Source of the DNA: Eutreptiella sp. 'Long Island Sound 2002'
Taxonomy: Eukaryota; Protista; Euglenida
Assembly: GCA_964036045.1 (NCBI GenBank)
Contig: OZ038379.1
Location: 25,854,001 to 25,918,000 of the forward strand
Reading direction: 5' to 3'
Length of the DNA stretch: 64,000 bases
The notes under the pieces were generated by a model that was not told the DNA's origin, made no database searches, and saw only the letters and a list, made by a program, of their open reading frames with translations. This document shows, piece by piece, positions 1 to 11,697 of the stretch (positions within the stretch are counted from its first letter, which is position 1; the number at the start of each line of letters is the position of its first letter). The position numbers and the translations under genes are program-made.

Positions 1-162
1 AGCATGCAATTTCGCGGGGCTTGCAAGTTTGGGACAATTTGAACTCAGTGCCCTCCCCCAGGCCTTTGACGGTTGTCCTTTTTGATGAGGGTGCTGCAGC
101 TATCGAATAATGTGCGGCGGGTGCAATGCGGGGATGCAATCCGATCACCCTTTCGCACTCAG

Positions 163-351
163 GCGAGGTTGCTGGCGCACGAGAAGGAGCTGGACACAAT
201 TATGTCTCAGTGCGCAGAAGTCGTGTACGCAAGTTCTGAGGCAGCGGACACAGCAGCGGCCTGCGGACCCAAACTGGTGAAGCTGGAGGCCGAGCTGCGG
301 CACTGCCTCCCCGCCAGTCCAATGTCGCTGGGAAGTGAACCTGCCTCGCCG
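163..351 (+). CDS. Dynein heavy chain-like gene, first exon in window (stalk coiled coil CC1); gene starts upstream of the window
   Basis: Acceptor CAG at 160-162, donor GT at 352, phase 0/0. Coiled-coil-like peptide ARLLAHEKELDTIMSQC...KLEAELRH joins in frame to 1316. Confidence 0.7.
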
Positions 352-381
352 GTGTGTGTCTGTGTGCCAGCGCGTGTGTTG

Positions 382-578
382 TCTCTCCCCCTCCCCCTCC
401 CTCTCCCTCTCCCTCTCCCTCTCCCTCTCCCTCTCCCTCTCCCTCTCCCTCTCCCTCTCCCTCTCCCTCTCCCTCTCCCTCTCCCCCTCCCTCTCCCTCT
501 CCCTCTCCCTCTCCCCCTCCCTCTCCTTCTTCCTCTCCCTCTCCCTCTCCCTCTCCTTCTCTCTCTCTGTCTCTCTCT

Positions 579-628
<50 letters not shown>
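382..628. repeat. (CTCTCC)n microsatellite followed by (GT)n
   Basis: Directly visible tandem repeats; they explain the LP/SL/EG/RG/CV-repeat ORFs in the track. Confidence 0.98.
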
Positions 629-630
<2 letters not shown>

Positions 631-1315
631 AGTAGCTGAAGTGCTCCGAGTGAAGGTCTACCAGAGCCCTGGGGCAAATGCGGGAGGTCTTTCTTTTCTT
701 CTCCTGCTCGTGTGCTGCGGTGACACGTGTGTGGACTTGAGCCTCTTTTTTCCACTGCATTTTGCCGCTTCCACGTCCCCAGCAGTCCAGCCCACCTGTG
801 GATGGCATCGAAGCCGTAAAGCTGGCACAAAATGTTTATGGGCCATTTCTTCTGGCCTTTGGGCCAGTTGCTCTGCGTAGCTGCACAGTCCAATCTGGAC
901 GGTGCTATCGAAACTGCATACCCGGGGGGCCGGGAAACAGAGTCCGAAATTTTTGGACGCAATTTGCAATATGGGTTGTCGAGGGAATGTGTTTCCACAC
1001 GCACACAACATTCTGGGAAGGATCGGTCCTCTTTATGACCAAGCAGCCGTTGTGGGCCGACAGAAAGAAGCCCCCGTGGCTGACCCCATGCCTGCAGCTG
1101 CATCGTGTCAGTGATGGCTTTGCAATTCGGAAGTTGATGAAACGTCCTTTAGGGTCTGGCCGCCATACTCTCTCACCTTGCACCAGATTGTACAGGCCAC
1201 TTTGTTTTAGCCATCGCCACCCACACCACCAAACTGGTCCCGTACCCCTGGTGCCTGTCCAGAACACAGGGCTGATGGGAATGTCGTCCAAGGCCACACA
1301 CGCCGCACTCCTCAG

Positions 1316-1727
1316 GTCTCCTTTTCTGTCGACCCTGAGGCCGTTGTGCAGGCCCAAGACGAGGCAGACGAGGCAGACGAGGCGCTGCACAAAGCCCTGA
1401 AGAGCCTGAAGAAGGCTCAGCTGCAGCCGCTAAAGGCCCTGTCCTCTGCCGCACCCGTCGCCCATGGGACGAAGCTGGTGCTCGAGGCATATTGTTTGGC
1501 GCAGGGGCTGGCGTCACCGCAGGCTGTGGCCTGCAACGAGGTCGACGTGGGCGCCATCGTGGCCAAGGCCGCGGCCGACCCGGGGCCGTTCATGGCATCG
1601 CTCGCGGACATTGGAACGGTGCCGGAGGACGTGGCGGCAGCACTGGAGGAGCGTGTGGCATCGCCTGACTTCCGCAGCCCCGGCCGCGGGAAGGCTCTGC
1701 ACGTCGTTGCGCAGTACGTCATGGCAG
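1316..1727 (+). CDS. Dynein heavy chain-like exon: microtubule-binding domain of the stalk
   Basis: Acceptor CTCAG at 1311-1315, donor GCAG|GTGTGC at 1728 (phase 1). EALHKALKSLKKAQLQPLK...GTKLVLEAYCL...PDF resembles the dynein MTBD pattern AL..L.K..I.E.K...P..V..V.EAV...P.F. Confidence 0.8.
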
Positions 1728-2045
1728 GTGTGCGCAGAGGGTGTTGGGGAAGGAGGGGACGCTTGGCAACCCGGTCAGGGGTGGGCAGGTGCCCTGACCA
1801 GTTTGGCCTCTGCTACCCCTTGCTATTGGCGGTCAAATGGCGGCCGTTGTCGGTTGACTGGATATCGACTTGGTGCCCAAATGCTATGGGGCGGTCTTTA
1901 ATTTGTCTTTTATGTGAGGGACAGGGTCTTTCATGAGACACACGCTTGTCTGCATGGGGCATCACTGGGGGAATGATGGGGTGGCACGGCAGAGAGGCAG
2001 AAAGGGAAGGAGGGGGCCGGGGCAGAGGCAGGGGTGGGGAGGGGT

Positions 2046-2068
2046 CTTTCTGAGTGTCTACTTTTTTG
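2046..2068 (+). other. Euglenid spliced-leader (SL)-like relic
   Basis: CTTTCTGAGTGTCTACTTTTTTG versus the recalled Euglena SL ACTTTCTGAGTGTCTATTTTTTTTCG: 15-nt exact match plus T-run. No GT donor follows, so it is not an SL RNA gene. Confidence 0.7.
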
Positions 2069-2250
2069 GACCTGTCTGCAAAAGGTGTCTCAGGTCGTCT
2101 CCTGGGCCCTTGACCTTGGTACTGGGGTACTTGTGGTGGAGGATGGGCCACAGAGATCATCAGTGGCATCGTGGCATCGCTTTCGCCATGTTCAACATGA
2201 ATACTGTGCTTTATGGCACTGGCACCACAAATCCGCACCCCCAAGAGTAA

Positions 2251-2980
2251 GGGGGAGCAGGGCGCACCTTGCGCACACCGTGCATCTTTTTTATTTGGAT
2301 AATTTACTGTACCCCATTGTTTTGCTTGGTCGTTGCCCCATGAGGTGGTGTGTTGCTGAGCTGGTGCCCCATTTCACCCTAAATACCTTGAGGGTTACAT
2401 TGTACATGTTATCCTTTGGTCTTTGGCTCAGCAACACGATGTCGTTGTTTTGGGTTCAAGCTGGTGCCTGTGTCTTCTATCACCGCAGCAGTGCAGATGA
2501 GCGGGTTCCTGCTATTGTTCTGGCCCCCTCGCAGCTTGTGATTACGTGCGCATACAATATGAGGTGAATGGGAAGGCGGTGATTCATGATGCTGCTGCAC
2601 TCCACCGACTCAAGTTCCACATTCGGAGCCCAGCCCCATCACCTTCAACCTCTTTTACAATTGAATGTGATGAACAGCATGCCTCGGCGGATGGTCGCCC
2701 ACTGTCCCCACACCCAAAACCTGATGGACAGCATGCTTCTACAGCACTACTTGCGCGGTCTATGCTCCAGATTCTTCGCCGGTTTTCATATTCTGCAAGG
2801 CTTTGACTGCGGAATGTCAGTTCAGACTGTTCAGACTGTGAGTACCTGATCGGATGCCCATTTGCCGGCTGTTTTCTTGGTGCCCATGTTGCTAACTGGG
2901 GGGCTTTCTGTGAGGGTCTGTTTGGGGGGTGAAAGCTGTGAAATTGCCCAAAAGGGTGTGCACCATGCACCCGTCACCCC
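2251..2980. mobile_element. Non-autonomous TIR element, GGGG termini, TAA TSD (PIF/Harbinger- or Zator-like), carrying a Tudor-like ORF relic
   Basis: TAA|GGGGGAGCAGGGCGCACC ... GTGCACCATGCACCCGTCACCCC|TAA; subterminal GCGCACC(G/T)TG 10-mers. Confidence 0.7.
2439..2806 (+). pseudogene. Frameshifted Tudor/SH3-like small ORF (copy A)
   Basis: MSLFWVQAGACVFYHRSSADERVPAIVLAPS [frameshift near 2545] VRIQYEVNGKAVIHDAAALHRLKFHI aligns by eye with the intact ORF at 25631. Confidence 0.7.
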
Positions 2981-3169
2981 TAAGACTGGGGCGTCATTTG
3001 CAAGTCAGCGGGTCCTGGGGTCCAAAGGGCAGGTCCTACCTTTTAGGCAGCGCTCTTATTTTCGGGGGGGGGGTCACCCCCTTTTGATCTGATGACTTTA
3101 GGCCCATGACCCATGGACCATTGTGACACACACCTCCCTCCATCTCTCACTGCATTTGCGTTGTGGCAG

Positions 3170-4080
3170 TGCACCTCAAGTCGAGAGCTGTGGCCCTGAC
3201 ACAACGGGTCCAGCTCCCCCAAGAAGGCGCCTCAGAGCCGAGCCCAGACGGCACCCCCGAGCCAGTCCCCCTCGCCCCCGGCGCGCAGATCCAGCAGCAG
3301 ATGGCGGCGGTGGAGGCAGAGCGGAAGGCCGCGCTCCAGCGGCAGTCTGACGCGCAGGCGCTGTCCGAGGCTCTTGCCGGGGAGGCAGCGGCCTGCCGAA
3401 GGGACCTCACCGCATGCATTGCGCGGCAGTGCACTCTGCTGGGCGACGCGCTCCGCGCCGCGCTCACGCTGTGCTACCTCGGGACATTCCCACAGGGTGT
3501 TCGCGACATGCTCCTGAATTGGACCCAGGCGCAGGCGGTGAGCAGCGGGTTCCCTTGCGCCGCAGTGCCGGACCCCGTCGTGGCGGTGTGTCATCTTGGC
3601 GACGCGCCTCCGCGGGTGCCGCGGCGCAAGGGCAGCCTCGGGCTGCCGGACTGCGACCGTGTGCGCGACAACTTCGCCGTTGTTGCCCACGGATCGCGAT
3701 TCCCGGTGCTGATCGACCCGCAGGGCGTCGCGCGCGCATGGCTGCGGCGCACTGCGCCCGACCTGCTCACGCTCCAGCACGACGCAGTTGCTCAGCAGAT
3801 CAAGAAGACGCTCGCGTTCGCACTGCCGCGGTCCCTTCCGGTGCTCGTGGAGGGGGGTCTGCCGCGGACGCTGCCGCCCGTGCTGCACACCCTCGTGCAT
3901 GCTGTGCCCTTCAGTGGCGGTAAGAACGGCACCCCTCATGTCATGATCGATGAGGATGCGATAGAGCTCGGGCCGGAGGCGCGGGTGTACTTTGCGTGTC
4001 TGTCCGCAGATGACCTGTCGTCGGAGCTTGTGGCGGTGCTGAGCCCCGTTGATTTCACGCTGGATGCTGCAGCGCTGCAG
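3170..4080 (+). CDS. Dynein heavy chain-like exon: stalk CC2 and AAA5
   Basis: Phase-1 acceptor matches the previous phase-1 donor. Motifs LLGDALRAALTLCYLGTFP, GLPDCD, RFPVLIDPQG, VDFTL match dynein GD.LL.A....YLGPF, GLP.D, R.PL.IDPQ, NFT. Donor CAG|GT at 4081. Confidence 0.92.
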
Positions 4081-4294
4081 GTGCCCGTGCCTCCCCACCC
4101 CCCACCACCGCTCCCCAGACCCACCGCCCACTTTGTGCGGCAGATATACCGGCAAAGTGAGACAAGCGGTGGGCACATTCGGTATCGATAACCGTAAAAC
4201 AAATGGTGGGTTTGAGGGCAGTCCACGGCGAAGGCAGCAATGCGCCCCTGGCCTCCGAGGGTGGCACCCACACACCCGAAGACACCCAGCACGC

Positions 4295-4634
4295 CCACAC
4301 ACACACACACACACACACCCACACACCCACACCCACACACCCACCAACACACACCCACGCACCGACACGCACCCACCCACCCACACCCACACATACCCAC
4401 CCACCCACACACACACACCCACCCACCCACCCACACACACACACACACACCCACCCACATACACACACCCACACACCCACACACCCACACCCACGCACCC
4501 ACACGCACCCGCCCACCCACCCACCCACCCACACCCACACACACACACCCACCAACACACACACACGCCACACACACCCACCCACCCACACACACACCCA
4601 CACCCACCCACACACACACACCCACACACACACG

Positions 4635-4665
<31 letters not shown>

Positions 4666-4692
4666 CCACACACACACAGCCACACACACACG

Positions 4693-4723
<31 letters not shown>

Positions 4724-4740
4724 CCACACACACACACACA
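4295..4740. repeat. Degenerate (CA)n/(CACC)n microsatellite
   Basis: Directly visible; source of the HT/VC-repeat ORFs. Confidence 0.97.
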
Positions 4741-6679
4741 AGCTGTGTACCTGCGCGATGCACCTGCACAATGAGACAGCACTCAGGTCCCCACAGATAC
4801 CCCACCACCAGCCCCCAGGCAACGGGTAAGTGCCCAGCTTGTGTGGGTTGTTGGACTTGCGATTTGGTGCAGCAAAGAGATGCAGACCCTGGCACTGGAA
4901 CGACAGCCCTGCAGGTACGTTGTCAACGGCTTGCTCCGTTGCTCTGACGGTGGTGTGGAAGCGCTCGAACAGCTTCGCACCACCGTTGCTGGGGCCCATC
5001 CTCGCCAGCACCAGTTCCGCAGGACATGCAGGAGCACAGACACAGGGAGCCCGTATCTGGGGGGCACAAAACAGAAGCAAATGGAAGCACAACGGTGTGG
5101 AAGCCTGACAGAACCTTCAGCATTACAGATCATCCGAATCCAGGTCTCTGACGTCAGTGCAGTATATGGACATGTGCATGTGGACTAAGCATGCCATTCA
5201 GAAGACCTATGCTCCTCGTGTGCAGGGGTCCTACGCCCCATTCAAGTGGCGTGTGTCGTGCAGAGTGCAGCAAACATCCCCTGACCACCGCTTCCGGGCC
5301 CCTCGCATCTTGAACACTCTGTTCTCACGTTGGCTGCACCACGGGCCCGCACAATCCCTCATCCCTTGGACCATCTCCGGGCGGCTTTTCTGTCACAGCG
5401 ACAGGCGTATGACAATGCTACTGACGTGACTCGTGCAGGGCCCAGGGGTTGCAGCTGCTTCGCACTGCGCGGGACGAGAGAGGGGGGCGGACCCTTTTCT
5501 TAACGCAGCAGGTTTCGCAGTGGAATGGAGGCCCCCAGGGCTGCCCCCTCACAGTGGTAGGGGTCCATTGGTGCGAGAGCGGGCCGGTGGATCGAGGGGC
5601 AGGGCGGTGGGTGCTACGCAAGGCTTTCATTGAGGATTGTGTTTTTGTTTTGCACCGACGACAGCCTCGGGCTTCAGGTGGCAGAAACGCGATGTACGGA
5701 CGGCGGTTGTTGCTGAACCGACGGTAGTTGATGGTCAACAGACACACACCGTTGGCCGATGACCCACAGCGGTTGCTGATCGGCTGATGCTTTGCTAATA
5801 TCCGCACGCACCGGAGTCGGATCCTTTCTTTTCTTCTCAAATTGATCAAATTAAGGACAGCTCTCGTCAGTGGGGGGTGGGGTAGCTGCGGCCCTTGACC
5901 CCCACCCTCCCCACCCCACACCTCAAAATGGCCAAAATGTTTAGAAGGTCTGCACCACATTTGGTGCCAATTTTGCGCTGAAGGCGCCGGAATTTTTTTT
6001 TAAGAGCAAATGGTGGGGGGTAACTTTTCCTTCTTACCCATGTGTTTATACTCAAAATGCACAGAATTTCATGGGGAATCCGAATATGTTTGCAAAACAT
6101 GAAAAATGTTTTGACCCCTGACCTCCCCCATCCAGCCCCCCAATCCTGGCTGCTATGACCGGACCCCCCTGGGGGTAGAATTCTTTTTTCAAAACCCCCA
6201 CATATCTGTGTTCAAACCACTGCAACAAGGGAATCCTTTTGAGGTATGTATGTTGGGGTACCGGGGACCCCAGCCTGGCTGCCCCCCCCCCCCCCCTCCC
6301 GAGCCCCTCCCCCGCCACCTTTCAGGGGGCCAAAATGGTTAGGGGGTTTCGGTGCCGGGGGCTGCACCTGGGCACCCCCCGTGGCTCTGGTCCTACGTTC
6401 CTTTAGTACCCTCCCTCAGTCGGTGACTGGGTTGGTGCCTTGCTTGCCTGAGTACCCCTTGCCCCAGCCTGTGCTTGTGGCGGTGGTGTACCCCCCTCCC
6501 TGAGGACCTGTTGTACCCCCCCGCCCCAACCGCTTTTGTTTGCCCCATGACCGATCCAACTGTTTTGCAACTGCCCGAGTTTGTCCTCAACCGCTTTTCG
6601 AATTGCAAAGCCCCCCTTTAGTTTCCCCATTCTTCAAGCCCCCACTCTTTCGCCCACACCCCTCTTCCATTGCCAACAG

Positions 6680-6928
6680 GTGGAACTGGATCGGCATGCA
6701 GTTCAGAGACTGGAGCCGGAGGTGTGCCAGCAGGCAGACCGCCTGGAGACCACCCTCCGCGGGTGTCAGGAGCATTTGCGGGCGCTACGCACAGGTGTGC
6801 GCAAGCGGATGCAGACGTTGTTGAAGGAGGTGGGCAACGGCGCGGCGTTGCAAGAGGTCAAGCGCATCTGCCCCATCATAGAAGAGGAGGAGGCCCGCCA
6901 GTGTGACCTCCAGAAAGCCGTGCAGGAG
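6680..6928 (+). CDS. Dynein heavy chain-like exon: AAA5 extension/buttress coiled coil
   Basis: CAG|GTG acceptor, GAG|GTATGT donor, phase 0/0. The joined peptide DFTLDAAALQ|VELDRHAVQRLEPEV parallels dynein NFT.T..GLE.QLL..VV..E.PELE. Confidence 0.85.
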
Positions 6929-7045
6929 GTATGTGACATGGCATGGCAGAGCACATGATTGTTAGATCATGGGCACGCCGAAGCAACTGCGCTTGGGTCT
7001 CTTGCGGCCTGAATAGGGGGTATCCGCTTAGACTACCCAGGCAAT

Positions 7046-7270
7046 TGGTGTGGTGTGGTGTGGTGTGGTGTGGTGTGGTGTGGTGTGGTGTGGTGTGGTG
7101 TGGTGTGGTGTGGTGTGGTGTGGTGTGGTGTGGTGTGGTGTGGTGTGGTGTGTCGTGGTGTGGTGTGGTGTGGTGTGGTGTGGTGTGGTGTGGTGTGGTG
7201 TGGTGTGGTGTGGTGTGGTGTGGTGTGGTGTGGTGTGGTGTGGTGTGGTGTGGTGTGGTGTGGTGTGGTG
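7046..7270. repeat. (TGGTG)n pentamer array
   Basis: Near-perfect tandem array, directly visible. Confidence 0.98.
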
Positions 7271-7403
7271 CACGGGCGCTGCCAAGGGGGCCAGCCAGTT
7301 CGAATCTAGACACCCAACTGCGCCCCCCTCCAGACCCCCCCAAGTTTTGGAACAGGTCTTTCTCGAAATTGAGATTTTGGGGAAAACTATGGGCGCCACA
7401 GGC

Positions 7404-8385
7404 CAGGGACTTGCTTTAATTTTCATTCCAGCAGGGGGGGGGGGGGGCCTCCCCCCTGGACCCCCTCCCCCCCTCCCCTGGACCCCCTCCCCCCTCCCCC
7501 CTCAGCTCAAGTGCACCCGAAAACCTGGGGTTTGAGAACATTTTTTAGTCATGGGAAAAAATTTTCGGCGCCTTCGGCGCATGCCATACACTGTGTACAT
7601 ATTGCTCCATGTACCTTGTTTTCCAGACTACCATGCCCCAACGCTCGTTGTCAGTGTATTTCAGCTCCCCGGTCCCACCATTGCCACACACAAAACATGA
7701 AGACGTAATTGACGCGCTGCTCTATTTCACGTTTAAAGATAGGATCACCGATCATAAAAGACAAAAAGCCTACAACGAGGCACAAAAGGCATGTGCCACA
7801 CTTTTTTTAAGCGTACCAATGGCCACACTGTGCGAGTTTGTCGCTGTGGCACAAAAAATGGCCACACGCGACCGGTTCAGGCGAGGGTTAGGCTGAATGA
7901 CAAGAAAGATCACTGTCCTCTGGTCCGAGCCCGGCCAGGCTGCACCGGGGACCATGGCAAACGTCACCCGGCCATGGAAGCAACCGGTGAAAGGCGAGCC
8001 GGTACACAGCTTAGGAGGGGGTCGCCTGCCAAGCAGCGGGATCCCGCAACTCAAGCCACAGGGGTGAGGCAGTCGTACCGTAGACAGCGGGAGCAATACC
8101 CCTTGTGGCGAGAGATACTCCACACGGCTGATGGTGAATGTCCTGCTTTGTTGTAGTTGTTGTGTATTGGTGAGATGTGGGAACCCTAAATTGACATTCA
8201 ATGATGAATTTCCTTTTTTTACGGCCGACAACATGACATTTCCATGTGCTGAGTTGTTTGTTCTCCAATAATTTTTCTGTTCCCTTTGGATTGGGTATGT
8301 TCTGGCGGGGGGCTCCCCCCTGGACCCCCTCCCCCCTCCCCTAGACCCCCTCCCCCCCTCCCCCCCTCGCTCAAGCAAGTCCCTG
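7404..8385. mobile_element. Non-autonomous TIR element inserted into another repeat
   Basis: 12-bp TIR CAGGGACTTGCT/AGCAAGTCCCTG, flanked by GCCACAGGC on both sides (7395-7403, 8386-8394). Confidence 0.8.
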
Positions 8386-8754
8386 GCCACAGGCGCCGAA
8401 GAGTTTTTTCTGGACACATGGTATGGAGTGAAATTGTTCATCCCCCTCATGTGTGTATACTCAAAATGCTCAGCTCACATTGGGGATTTCAAGAGTAGTG
8501 CATAGTATGCTTAGTTGGAACTACTTTGATCTATCCCCACTATGGGGACCCCCAAGAAAGTAGGGGTGATGTAATACTGATCTCTCCCCACCCATTGCCG
8601 GAAATACCGAAGCCGATGGCTACACTATCCATTTGGGTAGGTGCGTGAGTTAGGCTACCTGGGCCAGCCGCAGACCCAAGTGTTCTGAGATACCTACCCC
8701 CCCCCCCCCTTTCAAACTACCCAGAACCACGGGGGGGGGGGGGCGGCCGGGCCC

Positions 8755-8915
8755 GGTCCTTGTATGCAACACCCCCCAGCCCCCCACCCCCCCAGGTTTT
8801 GAGAGATAGTGGTGTTGGGGCCATGGCACCAACGGCGCCAAAGTTTTTTTGTGCCTGCTTCCCTTTCATCAAACCATCCATGTTTTGAGTGCCAAATTAG
8901 CAAGACGATGCAAAC
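8755..8915. repeat. Dispersed repeat; inverted copy at about 52885-53050
   Basis: TTTTGAGAGATAGTGGTGTTGGGGCCATGGC...CATCAAACCATCCATGTTTTGAG matches the reverse complement of 52885-53050. Confidence 0.8.
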
Positions 8916-9182
8916 GTCGTTTGTTGTCAAGTGAAAGATCACCACAACCACTGTGGACACACCTAGCCATCTGCAGCCGTTGCTTCACAACAGCCACCAG
9001 CAGCTTCCCCAAACCCGCCCCAGACACACATCCCCCCTGGAGGTATGCATGTGCTAGTAGTGGGTCGTGCGTAGGCCCCCCCACCTTGGGACCCCCCCCC
9101 CCCACGGGTGAACCCCCCCCCACACCCTCCAGCCGAGCCCCCCCCCCCCCCCCCCCCCCACACCCTCTAGCCCTTCAGGGCC

Positions 9183-11697
9183 ATGTGCGCCCTGCTGCGG
9201 TCCCGGGGTTATGCCGTATGCTGGCGTGACTCCCTAGGGGCCACGGTCTACGACAAAGCAGGCCGCACCTCGCTTTGAGGCTAGCGCGGGACGAGGACGT
9301 GGTCGTGCAGTCCGAGAGCGCCGCCTGGGATGTGGCCATCACGTGGTCCGGGCTCATGTGGGCCAGGGCCCCGCTGCCCTGGCCTGCCCGCGAGCGCGCC
9401 GCCCTGATGACGGGGTACCTGCGGGCAGTGGCGGACTGGGTGGTGCTTCCACCGCCCGCCCGGTGGGCGCGCCTGATGCGCGCCGGCGGCAGCGGGTGGC
9501 CGGCGGGCCTGTCCCGCCCCGTCGCTGACACTGGCACCCTGCTACGCTACGCCATGGGCGAATCCGCGTGCGCGGTAGCTGGGCCGCGCCCTGAGCTGGT
9601 GGGCCACGCCATCCCCGTGTCCGTGCTGGACCCGGCGGAACGTGGGGCGTGCCCGGACGTGGTCCTCAGTGTGGGCACCCCGCCGTCCCTGCAGGGAGCC
9701 ACCCCGGAGGTGGTCCTGGCCCCGCTAGCAACTAGCCGGGCGCTGTTCCCGGGCTTTACGCTCCAGCCGTTCAGGGACGGACTCCTGCTGGCGTTCCCGG
9801 CGGGCGCGGTGCCACCCAGCCTCCTCGCGGCCCTGCACGCCTTCTTCCCCGTGGAGGCGGCGCTCCCGGGGGACCTGCCAGGGGAGGGCGAGGGTCCCGA
9901 GCCCGAGGCTGGCGACCCCGACGTGGGCCTACAGCTCGACGTCGATGAGGACGATGAGTACCTCCTCAGCTAGTCGCCCCCCCCCTCCCCCCCCTCCCCC
10001 TCCCTCCTGCCCCATCCCCCCCCCTAGGTCCCAACCCGGCCTCGGGGGGGGGGGGGGGGGCGTCGGCTCAGCCCGCGGCCGGGCACCCCCCCGCCAGGGC
10101 TGGGATCCCCGGTGCTGCGCACAGCCCAGCCGCCAGGACCCGCAGGGTAGCGCCACCCCGGTGGGCCATGACCTTGCCCCCCCGGGCAGCAGCGCGCTCC
10201 CGCACACCGCCCTCCTCTCTCGTGACCGGCGTGCCGCGCCTGGGCACGCAGTGCACGCGGACCTCAGTGGGCCATGACCTCGCCCCCTGTGGCCGGGGAT
10301 GGCGGCGGGAGGGCGCGGTACGGAGGGTACGCGACGTCGCGCCGCGGCATGGTGCCAAGTTGTACCCCTGCGGAGCGAGAGAACGTCGCCATGCCTGCCG
10401 GGGGGGGGGGGTGCCGTGCAGGCATGACCGGGTCCATGACTGAGGTCGCGCCTTGCCCTAACATCTCTCCGGGGTGGCCGTGCCCCTAGGCCTGGTGAAG
10501 GGTGGCGGTGGGCTAGGCCCGCGACGGCGCTCGCCGAAACTTGGGGCGTCCCTGTAGAGTGGGGGGGGGTCGGGAGCAAGTGTCTCCCCTCCTCGCCGAC
10601 TCGGCTGTTGCCGGTGCTGCCTGGGCGCCGCTCCCAGACCCCAGCCTCTACCCGAACCCTCCCCCCGTGCCCCCCCCCCCCCCGCCCCTGCAGGTCGCCC
10701 TAACCTCCTGGTGCTCGTCCCTCGGTAGCATGGGCGGATGCACGTGACACGGGCAGGCAGAGCGGGCACGGGGCTGGCCATTCGCTGCAATACGGAAGCT
10801 CTGTCAGTGGTACTCGTGCAGGCGCCGCCGGCGGCCCACAGTGGGGCCGACGGTGCGCTCGTCTGCCTGCTCAGACTGAGCCAGCCGTGTGCGTCGGGGA
10901 GGTCAGGGAGGGCCAGGCAGTGGTGCGCGTACCGGATGGGCCGTCGCGGGCTGCAGCCGGTTTCCCGCAGCCGCCTGAACACCTGGGAGCAGCAGACGCG
11001 CTGCTGGATGGCACGGCCCTCCGCCTCTGGCTCGCCCATGTGAGCCACGCGCTAACCCCCCCCCTCCGCCTCCCGCGCACAGAAAGGTCCCTCGCGAGCA
11101 TCGCCTGTGCGCTGCACGCCCTCGGGGAGCGGCCCCCCGGCCTCCTCAGCCTGGAGGACATCCTCATGGGGTGCTTGCTCCACTGGACGGCTACGGGGGC
11201 GGACCCCGGATGGGGGCTGTCAGCCCTGCAGCGCGTCCCCCAGGGCCTTGCAGTAACAGGGCCAGCGCTCCACGAGGCCCTCGGCTGGCGCTGCGGCACC
11301 CCTCTGGGACCTGGGTCCCCTTCCCGTCCGCCGCGGCGGGGCCGCCACCCCGCAGGCCTGGACCAGCGGCCCCCAGCGCCGGGTGCTCCTGATCGAGGGG
11401 TGGGACAGCAAGGAGGAGGGCTCCGGGGGCTGTTGGGTGGGTGTCACCCGCGAAGGCGCCGTCCGGTGCCTCTCCCGGGGCAATAGGTCCCTTGCCGCGC
11501 CCCCGGACCTGCATGCGGCCACCGGCGCAATGCTGGCCTCGATCCCGAGGGTGTATGCCGTGTGGTATGCGGTGTTGCCCGCCCCAAGGTCGCCCCCGCT
11601 GCCCCCGCAGCACCAGTACCCCCGCGCGGGGGACGACGCCACCGCGCCCGCATGGCGGCTGCGCCGCAGGGTGCATGTCGCTTTTCACGCGCCCTGA
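9183..11697 (+). pseudogene. GC-rich insert in dynein intron 4 with two frameshifted coding-like ORFs of unknown origin
   Basis: ORF1 about 9183-9973 (frameshift near 9272, acidic tail DVDEDDEYLLS). ORF2 about 10740-11697 (frameshifts near 10880 and 11300). The flanking dynein exons join in frame without this region. Confidence 0.55.

Noticed and set aside
200-808. Long ORFs made of LP, SL, EG, RG, HT and CV dipeptide repeats (also 3232-5092, 6876-7535, 12565-12840)
   Set aside because: They are translations of (CTCTCC)n, (CA)n and (TGGTG)n microsatellites in introns, not genes.
9600-9700. DNA methyltransferase-like motifs in VSVLDPAERGACPDVVLSVGTPP
   Set aside because: The motif I-like and motif IV-like words are only about 8 aa apart and the catalytic NPPY/DPPY is absent.
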